Positions 30,235-39,851 of a stretch of DNA of 64,000 nt are shown one piece after another. How positions within the stretch are numbered: the stretch's first letter is position 1; every line of letters starts with the position of its first letter. Below the pieces are notes generated by a model. That model was given only the letters and a program-made list of their open reading frames with translations, searched no databases and was not told where the DNA came from. Both the position numbers and the translations under genes were made by a program. Source of the stretch: Patescibacteria group bacterium (GTDB taxonomy: Bacteria > Patescibacteriota > Microgenomatia > UBA10105 > UBA927); NCBI GenBank assembly GCA_003545435.1, contig DPYI01000025.1:19701-83700 (forward strand). Direction: 5' to 3'.

Positions 30235-31804
30235 ATACCCCAAGTATACCCCATAAAGTAAGCCAAACCAACACAAGAATGGATAACGTATCTGCGAATT
30301 TTCTCATGAGCGTCCGGGAAAACACGACGCGTACGCGGTGTTCTCCTGAAGGAACAAAAAATCGTATTGTTCCGTCAATCTGATATTCTATCCCAATACT
30401 CTGATTATCTACCCTGACTGCCCATCCCGGAAAATAAAGAATCGGAATATCCACTTGGGCACCTGTTTCAGAAGCAACAATGAACTGTTTATCTAGATAG
30501 CTATTTTTGGAAAAACTTCCCTTAACTTTTCCATTTACTACTCTCAGCAGATATTCTGAACGTTTGTTCTTCCAGCCGGTCCAGATAGTCGAAAAACTAT
30601 TCCCCATGGATGATGTACCGTCAGTAAAATTTTTCCTCGACATATAATAGTAACCGTCACGCGGTGAATATACTACGGGGCGGGTATATGAATAGGAAAA
30701 AATAACTGATAGAAAAATAATGATAATTGATGCGATGCGCATACGAAAATGATAGGAAACATATGCTCCCGTAAACGCAGTAGCAGGTATCACAAATGAA
30801 AGGAAACGCCAAGGATATTGAACATACTGAAGAAATGGTATGTACTTCCACAAAAGAAATGTCCATGAAAGCGTAAAAATAACGGCGAATATGCATACCA
30901 TGGCAACGTACCGATAAAACCGGTTTATTTCTTTACCTTTTTCTTTTACACTAACAAAAATGGACATAAAAAAAATTAAAAGCGGTACGATACCGATTTG
31001 TAGAGACATTTTATTTCCGCTAAACATCTGACCGGACAGCGCTGTTCCCCAGGAAGGAATGATAAGTTCATATGCCTCAGCAAAATGTTCTTGAACTTGT
31101 ACCGTATTCAATCCGACTACATAGACACTCTCCGCAATTGCAGGAATCCAGAAATAGGAAGATAATAAAATCCCGATGAGAATACCGATTGTATACCGTT
31201 TATTCCGCAAAAGAGCAACTCCGAAAAGAAACGGTATAAAAAGCATTGCCAGTATATTATGGCTGAGCACCAATCCTGCGATAGCAAACGAAAATGGTAT
31301 GAACATCCCGTATTCACAGAACATTAATCCGGCAAACACAAACGCAATTGCCCATACCTCACCCACAGAACCTCTTACATAAAGATCGACGAACCAGTAC
31401 GGTACGAATGCTGCCGATATGGCTCCGACCGTTGCTGCTTTTACATGAAACAGCTTCTTGAGCCACAGAAATGAAAAAATTCCTGATGAAATATACCCAA
31501 ATGCCAGGCTGATCTTAAATGCATCAACCGCATGAAATCCTATCCGTTGGATGATTGCTCCTATGTAGTTTGGAAGCGGGTAATGAAAAAGAAAAATGGG
31601 GATTCCGTATCCGCTGTTCATGTTCGGTGCCCATCGGGGAATCAGGTAACCTTCTGAAATCATGCGGTAAAATTCAATAAAACGGATGATGTGATATTCG
31701 CCGTCATGAGTCGGAATATATTCTTTTCGAAAAAAGGGGGAACTCGCAAAAACAGTAAAAAGAAAAACAATGAAAATTCCGAATACTATTTTTCTATTTT
31801 TCAT
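30188..31804 (-). CDS. membrane protein, PTPS-related/YfhO-like putative GT-C (HDG group)
   Basis: THDGEYH, PRW..NSGYGIP.F.F, LYVRG..GE, LSHN, QYPWRF, YFPGW...G.H. Confidence 0.72.
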   Translation of the reverse strand: MKNRKIVFGIFIVFLFTVFASSPFFRKEYIPTHDGEYHIIRFIEFYRMISEGYLIPRWAPNMNSGYGIPIFLFHYPLPNYIGAIIQRIGFHAVDAFKISLAFGYISSGIFSFLWLKKLFHVKAATVGAISAAFVPYWFVDLYVRGSVGEVWAIAFVFAGLMFCEYGMFIPFSFAIAGLVLSHNILAMLFIPFLFGVALLRNKRYTIGILIGILLSSYFWIPAIAESVYVVGLNTVQVQEHFAEAYELIIPSWGTALSGQMFSGNKMSLQIGIVPLLIFFMSIFVSVKEKGKEINRFYRYVAMVCIFAVIFTLSWTFLLWKYIPFLQYVQYPWRFLSFVIPATAFTGAYVSYHFRMRIASIIIIFLSVIFSYSYTRPVVYSPRDGYYYMSRKNFTDGTSSMGNSFSTIWTGWKNKRSEYLLRVVNGKVKGSFSKNSYLDKQFIVASETGAQVDIPILYFPGWAVRVDNQSIGIEYQIDGTIRFFVPSGEHRVRVVFSRTLMRKFADTLSILVLVWLTLWGILGVYENRHRHISFLWRPH

Positions 31805-31805
31805 A

Positions 31806-33290
31806 TCAGCGTTCTTTTATCCGCTCCTCAACTGTAAGGGTGCCAAATGAAGCCGAAGTTTGTAGGGTACCCCAATGTTCAACCGTATTTTTATGCCAAT
31901 CAAATTGAAAACGCGGATTTGATATGTCTTTTTGTATAATAACATAGAGTAGTTCATCGTGCTCTTCATCCGGCAGGATATAATTGTGTTTTGTTCCGTA
32001 ATACCAAAAAAGATATTCCCATCCGCTTTGCCAGAAATACGGTATGGTGTAAGACTGAAAATAAAATTGTCTGCCTTGAGCTTTTTTATAAATATATTCA
32101 ATAGTGCCTAATTGATCCTGATAATGAAGGTCGGGTTGTGTGGATTGAAAAAAAATCCGTTTATTCGTCGGAAGATTCATAAACCAAAGCGATACGTTTG
32201 AAAAGATAATGAGAAGAAAAACGAAAATACCAAGAGATGCACTAAATTTTTCGTAAATAACGTAAACTGCATACGCCATGCCAAGAAGCAGTCCTACTGC
32301 AAGAAAAACATACAGTTGAACAAGTGCTCCATGACGAAGAATAATCAGTATGATATTCGGAATAAGCAGCCATAGCAAAAGAAGATGAAGATATTGACTT
32401 TTCTTACTGCGAATGAACAGAATCGTAAAAATACTTGCCAGAATAGCTATGGTTATTATTGTGTTTGGTAAACCCAGTACATCCATGGATGAATCAATAA
32501 ACGTAGACGTAACTGAGTTAAACGACTGTGAAAATGACGTGTAATATCCTTTCACGCCGGTACACAATGCAAAAAGGCTTTTGGAAATAAGAAATTTGTG
32601 TCTTATGTCAAACAACGCGAAATTACCTACGGAAAACAATATCGCGGTACACAAAGAAATAATGATGATGGGAATTATTTTTGATCGACGAATAATCTTT
32701 TTATAATAACAAATAAAAATTCCCAAACCGGTTGCAGCAACTAAAAGAAAATTAATGAACTCCGATTGCCCCATGAGACCATATGAGATGGCCGCTCCTG
32801 GGAGGTACCATTTTCTTCCTTTCAGAAACTTTATCAGAAAAAGAAAAAATAGTGCCGAAAGCGGAATAGTAAGGGGTTGTCCGGATAACCAACGGGAATA
32901 GGATATAGCTCCGTATGAAACCGTATAAAGAGATGCACTTATATACGCTATTTTACTATTGCCCGTTATTTCAAGCGCAACCAAATAGATGAGAAATACG
33001 GTAAGACTTTGTATGAGTGTAAAAAAAAGCGCAACGATGTACGGATCTCCGCCTGAGAAAAAAAACGGAATAACGGCTAAATAATAATAAATCGGTCCGT
33101 GAAATACTCCCCCTATATCGGTTTTCGGACCTATAAGAGTGTATTTATGAGAAACAACGATGTCACGGATAATTTTAAAATCATTCCCCTGTTCCGGCCC
33201 GAAAAAGAGGTTATCAGGAAATAAATACGATCGTAAAAAAAAACCTAAAACAGCAAGTCCTGTGAGAATAAGAAGAATTTTTTTATTCAC
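31806..33290 (-). CDS. GT-C glycosyltransferase (DQ/EQ group)
   Basis: GTG start. FGPEQGND, LIGP..GGVFHGPIYYY, YSR, FDIRH, YLFWYYG. Confidence 0.7.
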   Translation of the reverse strand: MNKKILLILTGLAVLGFFLRSYLFPDNLFFGPEQGNDFKIIRDIVVSHKYTLIGPKTDIGGVFHGPIYYYLAVIPFFFSGGDPYIVALFFTLIQSLTVFLIYLVALEITGNSKIAYISASLYTVSYGAISYSRWLSGQPLTIPLSALFFLFLIKFLKGRKWYLPGAAISYGLMGQSEFINFLLVAATGLGIFICYYKKIIRRSKIIPIIIISLCTAILFSVGNFALFDIRHKFLISKSLFALCTGVKGYYTSFSQSFNSVTSTFIDSSMDVLGLPNTIITIAILASIFTILFIRSKKSQYLHLLLLWLLIPNIILIILRHGALVQLYVFLAVGLLLGMAYAVYVIYEKFSASLGIFVFLLIIFSNVSLWFMNLPTNKRIFFQSTQPDLHYQDQLGTIEYIYKKAQGRQFYFQSYTIPYFWQSGWEYLFWYYGTKHNYILPDEEHDELLYVIIQKDISNPRFQFDWHKNTVEHWGTLQTSASFGTLTVEERIKER

Positions 33291-34435
33291 GCGTTTTTAT
33301 AAATGTTATAATTTTTATAATAATTATAAACGTTATAACAAATCCATAGAACAACCGGAATAATGGTCAGTACAATTCTCAATACCGGCCCCGGCCCCTC
33401 ATAATATCCCATTGCCATATACGGTACATGACGCAACTCTAATCCGATTGATACTGCAATACAAAATTGCCAAACCCGGGCATATTTGGAATACGGAAGG
33501 AAAGCAGCTGCAGAAAGAAACCATACCGCATACCAGGGATATAACTCTTCCCGTACGGGAGCAAAAACTATGAAAACCAAAAAAAGAAGGCATGAGACGA
33601 TACACATAAGACGACTATATGTCGTCTTACGGAAAAAAAGTAAAGGAAGTAATACTATCGTTGCGCCTTTAATAAAAATCGACAGGGTAAACATACATAA
33701 CCCCACCAGACGATTCACCCATTCCTTTTTTTGCCACAAAAGTAAACCTACACATGCCAAAACCATCATGACAATATCGTTATGCCCGGATACAAGCACC
33801 TCAATGAGAATGAGTGGGTTCAAAGCAAAAAATATGACGTTCTGCATTTTTTTTGTTATATGCCATATCAAATAACTCATGCCAAAATAAAAAAGTGCTG
33901 TAATACATTTAAAAGCAATGATGGTTTGCCAAATATTTCCCATCCCTAACGTATGAGGGATCCAAGTCAAAAGAAGCCACGCGGGTCCGTACAAAGCGAC
34001 CTTATTAGCTGCTCTGGTAAACGCAAGATTCGGATCATTGTAAATTTCAATTGGCATCACTACATAAGGATTTTCATGCCAAGCAAATGCAACCTTTGAG
34101 GTGGCAATATAATTAAACAGATCATACGAGAGAAACGGGTAAGAAAGTATCAATAATGCGCATACGATGACGGTGCGTGACAAAAATTGCCGATATCCGT
34201 ACTTTTCAGGATGTACCGACTGAATCGTTTTCCACCATAATACGAAAAGACACAGTAGTATCAATATGAATATTCCAGCAGTTTGCATTCTGTAAGAACG
34301 CATACTAATAGCAAGCTGGCTAAGAATGGCTTGAAATATGGGATTGTCGGTTAACCGAAGATTCACGTCAACAAACGCATATGAAAAAATTGAAATTATC
34401 ACTGAAGTAGCAATCCAAAAAGGAAAATAAATCAT
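33287..34435 (-). CDS. GT-C, alpha-1,6-mannosyltransferase MptA/MptB-like
   Basis: LSYDLFNY, ENPY...P, YGPAW, FALNPL.LIE...GHND, YPWY..W. Confidence 0.72.
   Translation of the reverse strand: MIYFPFWIATSVIISIFSYAFVDVNLRLTDNPIFQAILSQLAISMRSYRMQTAGIFILILLCLFVLWWKTIQSVHPEKYGYRQFLSRTVIVCALLILSYPFLSYDLFNYIATSKVAFAWHENPYVVMPIEIYNDPNLAFTRAANKVALYGPAWLLLTWIPHTLGMGNIWQTIIAFKCITALFYFGMSYLIWHITKKMQNVIFFALNPLILIEVLVSGHNDIVMMVLACVGLLLWQKKEWVNRLVGLCMFTLSIFIKGATIVLLPLLFFRKTTYSRLMCIVSCLLFLVFIVFAPVREELYPWYAVWFLSAAAFLPYSKYARVWQFCIAVSIGLELRHVPYMAMGYYEGPGPVLRIVLTIIPVVLWICYNVYNYYKNYNIYKNA
33292..33338. repeat. degenerate 9-mer tandem repeat (AAnnnTTAT, about 5 units) at a gene 3' end
   Basis: cgtttttat aaatgttat aatttttat aataattat aaacgttat; encodes YNVYNYYKNYNIYK. 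Confidence 0.65.
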
Positions 34436-34442
34436 AGAGCAA

Positions 34443-36731
34443 TTATATTTTTTCAAAAATAAGGATCTGGGCATTATCAAATATCTTTTTTATTTTTAAT
34501 GTTTGTATTTCATATTCAGAAATATCTGAACCCAGATATTTCGGGATCACTATCAATCTATTATCATAATCGGTTAATTGGAGAATGTGATTGGCGGGTC
34601 GTGCAACAACTTCCCATTTTGTATTTGTTATTTTTGGAAGGATTTGAAAATAATTATACAGCAACGGTTTTATTGCTTTATATATCGGCCGAATTGAATT
34701 TTCAAATTGCTCTACATATATCACGTTCTTTTTGCTGTTCTTTATAGCCTGAAGCGAATTAATCTCATAGCGGGTAATGGCTAATTTGCTGCGTGAAAAC
34801 ATGACGGTACATGCGACCATGCCTATAACAACCGGTAATGACACATACATCAATGCTTTATTCCGTACTAAACCTGTCTGTTTAATCATATAAACCATAC
34901 TACCTGATAAAAGTGCTGTAAATAATACAAAAAATACGATTACGTATATACTAGTAGATTTATCAAGCGGAAAATACGGCAGATGGAAGTACAAAAAAGT
35001 AGTCAGGGAAAAAAATATATAATATAGTATTTTTATCCCCCTTTTTGGATGTACTGTATCCGAAAAAAAATGCAGAACAATCAAAATAATAAACGGCAGA
35101 ATTTTGGCAATGACCAGCGTTTCAAAAATTGAAGGAATGTGTATGAGAAAAAGAATGGTAAAAAGAACTGTTTCCTTACTATCAAAAAGAAAAATAGATT
35201 GACTCGTAAGAAAAGAGGATGCGAAGATTAACGGCACTGTCAATGGAATAAAAGATCTTATTGCGGAATACATATTTTTTTTCTTCATAAAAATTATCAA
35301 AAAATAGAAGGAAAATATTCCGAATAAATATGATCGTAAGCTCGTGTGTTGATCTTTTTTCCCAAAATCATAAACTTTCTCACTTTTATTCTCTCCCATA
35401 AACAGCTTCATGCTTGTTGGCCTAAACGAAGAGATAATAGTATTCCCTGTATACAGTAAAACTTCATTATTATGTTCTTCCAGTCTCATCGGTTCTGCAG
35501 TAACTTTAAGAAGCGTCTTACTGTCCGGAAATCTCACTGAATCGATAATTTCGGGTGTCGTAATTCTCAGTCTGGACTGACTATTCGGAAGTAAGCTGAA
35601 ATCCTCCTCTATTTTATTGGAATAATCTCTCAGATCAACAAGATACACTGAATCGTTATTTTTTTGCAGGGAAGCTCTATAATTTTCAGATACATACCAG
35701 AAAGATTGGTTATCAGAATCATAGTCTTGAGACAAAAAGTATGATGTATACGGAAAAACCTTCCGTTGCTCTAAAAAATGGCGTGCAAAATCTTTTACAA
35801 ATAAAATAGCAGTTTTCTTTTCCTTTTCTAATTCCTTTGCCTTCAACAGCATCGTTCTATAGTTTTTATTGAAATCTTCCTCTGTGCCGCCATTTTCCAA
35901 CCCCATCACCATAGTATGAAATGGCTTTGTAAGAAAAATTCCTGCCAGATAATTGACATAATCAGTTCCATATCCTTTCATGGGATAATCCTGTACACTG
36001 AAAAGAGGATCAGCATACCCCTCCAATGGATCTCGTGCAGCCCATTGGAGAATAACAACTTTTGAACTATCCTCAAACGATTCTGCAGGAATTGCTTCGT
36101 TTGTTTTTGAGGCGATATACGGAATGCTCCACGGGGTTCCCCAAAATGAATAGAAGTCCAAATTAAACTGATCAGAAGCCCGGAGCGCAGCCGTGATGCC
36201 GTATTTTTTCTGCATGTACGAAAGTGAATCTCCTCCGACCCACCATGCTCCGACTGTTTTTGGATAATATCCAAAGATTTGCTTAAATTTTGAAAATGCT
36301 TTATCTATCAATATCCTCCGTTCGTTTACGTCATATGAGACCAAAAATAATCCATCGGAAAAATACCACGCACCTTGTCCTCTGTAGAGAATGTTTGCTT
36401 TTTGTGCAGAATTTCTATCGATTTCAAGAAGCAGGCCAAATTCCTGTCCGGACATTTCATTTTTTGCCAGGTCAATAATATTTTGATCTTCCAATACACT
36501 ATACTGCATTAACCACGTGGCATTGACACCTAAATCCCGTGTTACCTGCCACTGCGCTCTCAGACTGGATACCAAATCATCATTTTCGTGTCCAAGACCA
36601 CTTCCTCTGATTAAGTTTATGACAGTTATTGCCGGAGACGGATTGTCTTTTTGTGCAAAAATCTTTTGTAAAAAACAGGATAGGAAAAAAATAATTACGT
36701 ATATGGAAAATACCCATCTTTTTAAAATCAT
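34443..36731 (-). CDS. membrane protein with an exported glycoside-hydrolase/deacetylase (GH57/NodB-like barrel) domain and C-terminal TM bundle
   Basis: N-terminal signal/TM, ATWLMQY, QEFGLLLE, FKQIFGYYPKTVGAW, WGTPWSIPY, then about 7 TMs. Confidence 0.55.
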   Translation of the reverse strand: MILKRWVFSIYVIIFFLSCFLQKIFAQKDNPSPAITVINLIRGSGLGHENDDLVSSLRAQWQVTRDLGVNATWLMQYSVLEDQNIIDLAKNEMSGQEFGLLLEIDRNSAQKANILYRGQGAWYFSDGLFLVSYDVNERRILIDKAFSKFKQIFGYYPKTVGAWWVGGDSLSYMQKKYGITAALRASDQFNLDFYSFWGTPWSIPYIASKTNEAIPAESFEDSSKVVILQWAARDPLEGYADPLFSVQDYPMKGYGTDYVNYLAGIFLTKPFHTMVMGLENGGTEEDFNKNYRTMLLKAKELEKEKKTAILFVKDFARHFLEQRKVFPYTSYFLSQDYDSDNQSFWYVSENYRASLQKNNDSVYLVDLRDYSNKIEEDFSLLPNSQSRLRITTPEIIDSVRFPDSKTLLKVTAEPMRLEEHNNEVLLYTGNTIISSFRPTSMKLFMGENKSEKVYDFGKKDQHTSLRSYLFGIFSFYFLIIFMKKKNMYSAIRSFIPLTVPLIFASSFLTSQSIFLFDSKETVLFTILFLIHIPSIFETLVIAKILPFIILIVLHFFSDTVHPKRGIKILYYIFFSLTTFLYFHLPYFPLDKSTSIYVIVFFVLFTALLSGSMVYMIKQTGLVRNKALMYVSLPVVIGMVACTVMFSRSKLAITRYEINSLQAIKNSKKNVIYVEQFENSIRPIYKAIKPLLYNYFQILPKITNTKWEVVARPANHILQLTDYDNRLIVIPKYLGSDISEYEIQTLKIKKIFDNAQILIFEKI

Positions 36732-36760
36732 AGATGTTAGATTGTTAATAATTGTGCGTA

Positions 36761-37303
36761 TTATTCTGAAAGTTCCGAAACTGTTCGTCCCCTGATTGCG
36801 ACTGACTGAAGAATAAGAGATTGTATATCTAATTGGATAGATGCACTTTTCTCCGGCACCCACAGAAATGATTTTGGTACTGTTGCGTTTATAGTAGTAA
36901 GAACTTCCGTATGTTTCACAGCAGCCGACCGAACTGTTTCTGATAGATTCCGAACGTCTTTCCCCTCCAACATAGCTTTACGGATATATTCAGGTATGAC
37001 TGAAAATTCTTCGTTTGAGCGATTTAAAGCATCAACCGCCAAGAGATACTGCTGATACTCAAATAGCGTTTTTGCTTCCACTACGTATTTATCCGAAAGT
37101 CCGATATGGTATTTAATTTGTGCAATATTACCGAAATACCAATATCCTTTCAGGATATCGAGAATTCTAGATACGTTATACAGCTTATTTCCCGGCATAT
37201 AAGAAGGGTATGGAAGAGTGTACGCTGCGCGTACCAATGACCAATGACCAATGACCAATGACAAAAAAATAGCTATACCGGCATGTAACAGGAATTTCTT
37301 CAT
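36761..37303 (-). CDS. exported helical protein, DUF5667-like
   Basis: Signal peptide, then YTLPYPSYMPGNKLY, DKY..EA and KH.EVL, resembling the LPYPG.LP..PLY family seen in CPR. Confidence 0.6.
   Translation of the reverse strand: MKKFLLHAGIAIFLSLVIGHWSLVRAAYTLPYPSYMPGNKLYNVSRILDILKGYWYFGNIAQIKYHIGLSDKYVVEAKTLFEYQQYLLAVDALNRSNEEFSVIPEYIRKAMLEGKDVRNLSETVRSAAVKHTEVLTTINATVPKSFLWVPEKSASIQLDIQSLILQSVAIRGRTVSELSE
37233..37260. repeat. perfect heptamer tandem repeat (ACCAATG)4
   Basis: accaatg x4, inside the signal-peptide codons (SLVIGHWSLV). Confidence 0.9.
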
Positions 37304-38970
37304 AGGTTCTTCCCCTTCTTTTGTATCATTATTCCCAAGATATATACAACTGCAATAACGCTCACGATGTCAGAAAACAGCCGGTACCACGGTTCACCGA
37401 AGCGGAACACGGCTTTATGGATGCCCGGCGGCACTGTTATCCGAAGACGCTGGTATTCGTCTTTACTATACAAAATCGGCACGGATGTACCGTCCAGCGA
37501 AGCACGCCATCCCGGAAAATAGGATACATTTGCTCTAAATTCTAAGGGCGTATTTGTATCGATAATAAATTCCTGAAAATTCGATTTCCATACCGTTCTT
37601 TTGGATGTACCTGATTCCGACGGAAACAGGTCTCCATCGGACTTTGGGTCCTCATGAATTCTTGGAGCCAGTCTTGGCATATGTTCGTCTTTTGAGGTAG
37701 TACTGAATCCATACGTCGGATGCCGGTCAAAAGGATTTGTAAAATCGGTATACATATTCACCCGTATATGATTCCGGTTAGCATATAAAAGCAGTGAAAC
37801 TCCAATTATGCAGCCAACGATTTTACATAATCGCGGAACTTCAATGAAAGAGACTATATATCCTGCTGATACTGAACACCCTAAAACAATAATTCCCAAA
37901 AATCTCCAGGGAATCTGTATCATCCGGAAAAGAGAAAAATTGTCCCATATAAATTTTGAAACGGGAAGCATAAAAAAAAGTGCGGAAAAAGTAATTCCAA
38001 TAAAAAATAGAATAAACCAGTCTTTCTTCAGAACAATTTTTTTCCGGATTAGGAGAGTGCTTATATATATGACGCTTACTGTAAAAAACCCGATATGAAG
38101 AAGTCCAATTTGCGGCGACATTTTTCCGGGCATGATTCCTTGTTTATAAGCACCGAATCCCCACGGCGAATAGAGAACTTCCCGAATCGTCGGAAAGAAA
38201 AAAGGATAATCTTCGCTCAGTTCTGCTAATTTAGTCAATCCGGTCTCTGATATAAGAGGAATCCAAAAAAATGAGGTAACGCACGCAATAAGGATGCATG
38301 CGAGAACAAATTTTTTTAGTATGTGTTTTCGGTAAGAAGAAAAACATAATTGAATGGAAAAATATAGGAGTATCACCGGTACTCCGATTAACGCTGTCCC
38401 GTTATGGGAAAGCATAAATAAACTTCCTATTACTATCAATAAACCGAATTTTTCTCCTTTGGTCCTAAATAATCTATCTGTGCAAAAAAGAAGCAATGGT
38501 AGAAGCGCCAGGGCAAGGCTCTCCGCAGGATTCCCCCGAACATACATATTGAGAAACCTATACGGTACAAATATATAAAACAGCGCTGATATGAACGATG
38601 CAATCATCGATACGTGGGACAGCATGAACACGTACATAGAGACACTCCCGATAAAAATCGACAGGATAAAAAGCAGTTTAAAGGATGCAACAAAGGAAAA
38701 GCCGCCCAGATGGAATATTTCTCCTAAAAAATACACAAAAGGGTAGTTAAAGTTAAAAAAGGGATATCCAAGACCATAATTAATCCTCTTTGCGATCCGA
38801 ACCGGTATTTGTCCATCCTTCCAGGCCTCATCATATTCGATCATTCTGATAACGTGTCCTTCGCCGTCATGAGACGTGTAAAAAGAAGAGTTAAAGAGTT
38901 TCCAGCACGCAAGGAGGGAAAATATGATAATGAGAAAAATAAACAAACCGTGTTTGGCTGGGTTACTCAT
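37300..38970 (-). CDS. membrane protein, PTPS-related/YfhO-like putative GT-C (HDG group)
   Basis: SHDGEGH, NYGLGYP.F.F, YVRG..AE, LSHN, QIPWRF, YFPGW. Confidence 0.72.
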   Translation of the reverse strand: MSNPAKHGLFIFLIIIFSLLACWKLFNSSFYTSHDGEGHVIRMIEYDEAWKDGQIPVRIAKRINYGLGYPFFNFNYPFVYFLGEIFHLGGFSFVASFKLLFILSIFIGSVSMYVFMLSHVSMIASFISALFYIFVPYRFLNMYVRGNPAESLALALLPLLLFCTDRLFRTKGEKFGLLIVIGSLFMLSHNGTALIGVPVILLYFSIQLCFSSYRKHILKKFVLACILIACVTSFFWIPLISETGLTKLAELSEDYPFFFPTIREVLYSPWGFGAYKQGIMPGKMSPQIGLLHIGFFTVSVIYISTLLIRKKIVLKKDWFILFFIGITFSALFFMLPVSKFIWDNFSLFRMIQIPWRFLGIIVLGCSVSAGYIVSFIEVPRLCKIVGCIIGVSLLLYANRNHIRVNMYTDFTNPFDRHPTYGFSTTSKDEHMPRLAPRIHEDPKSDGDLFPSESGTSKRTVWKSNFQEFIIDTNTPLEFRANVSYFPGWRASLDGTSVPILYSKDEYQRLRITVPPGIHKAVFRFGEPWYRLFSDIVSVIAVVYILGIMIQKKGKNL

Positions 38971-39851
38971 GAACGAATTCTACAGAATTTCTTGGTTTTC
39001 CGATACGCAATCGGATAGTGCAGGGCCGAAAATAAAGAAAAGAGAAATCCGTATATCCCGTCCAATATACCCTTGTAACGGATGGCGAGAGCGAAAAATG
39101 TAACCATAGGTTTTACCACTAAATAGTCCAGAGCCACTACGAATGAATTTCTTGTGTCATGTATGATATTTTGCGAAAGGAGCGATGTGTAACGATCCGC
39201 ACCCTGCCAATACTTCTTCCAAGTCGGATGAGACATGTGAATGAGATCGTGTGAAAGCCATCCGACTGCCCCATCGATGGCGATCTGCTCATGGACGCTT
39301 TTACTTGGAAAATGCGCTGTACCGTTTTTGACTAACCGTATAACTCCGTCTGGATAGGTGCCCGCGTAGGTCATGGGGTGCCCTAAAAAATAATTACGAC
39401 GCGGTACAAAAAATGCCGCTGTATCTCTCTTGTTTGTACCAGTCTGTTCATCCCGATCAAAAACAAGCTGCTGATGTCTTTCAAATAATTTTTTCTTATT
39501 CGGATCTATAACACGCTCTCTAAGTTGTTGTTGGGACATATGAATAACTTTCAGAATTTCATCCTGTAGGTCCGGCGTAACTATTTCGTCTGCATCCAAT
39601 TGTAAAATCCAATCTCCCGTACAAGCGTCCAATGCTTTCTGTTTATTGATATGAAATATTGGCGGATTATCGGTTTGGATGATTTTTGCATCAAAATCTC
39701 TTGCTATCTCAATAGTCCTATCGGTTGACCCTCCGTCTACGACAACGATTTCATCAGCAATATCAGCAATAGATGAAAGGCAGGATTTTATATTGCTTTC
39801 TTCGTTTTTTACCGCCATTGCAACCGATAAAACTATTTTCTTTTTCTGCAT
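38967..39851 (-). CDS. GT2 beta-1,4-glucosyltransferase-like (WaaE/KdtX family)
   Basis: KNEE, VDGGSTDRT, WILQLDADE, PRRNYFLG, YPD..RL, VHEQ. Confidence 0.85.
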   Translation of the reverse strand: MQKKKIVLSVAMAVKNEESNIKSCLSSIADIADEIVVVDGGSTDRTIEIARDFDAKIIQTDNPPIFHINKQKALDACTGDWILQLDADEIVTPDLQDEILKVIHMSQQQLRERVIDPNKKKLFERHQQLVFDRDEQTGTNKRDTAAFFVPRRNYFLGHPMTYAGTYPDGVIRLVKNGTAHFPSKSVHEQIAIDGAVGWLSHDLIHMSHPTWKKYWQGADRYTSLLSQNIIHDTRNSFVVALDYLVVKPMVTFFALAIRYKGILDGIYGFLFSLFSALHYPIAYRKTKKFCRIRS

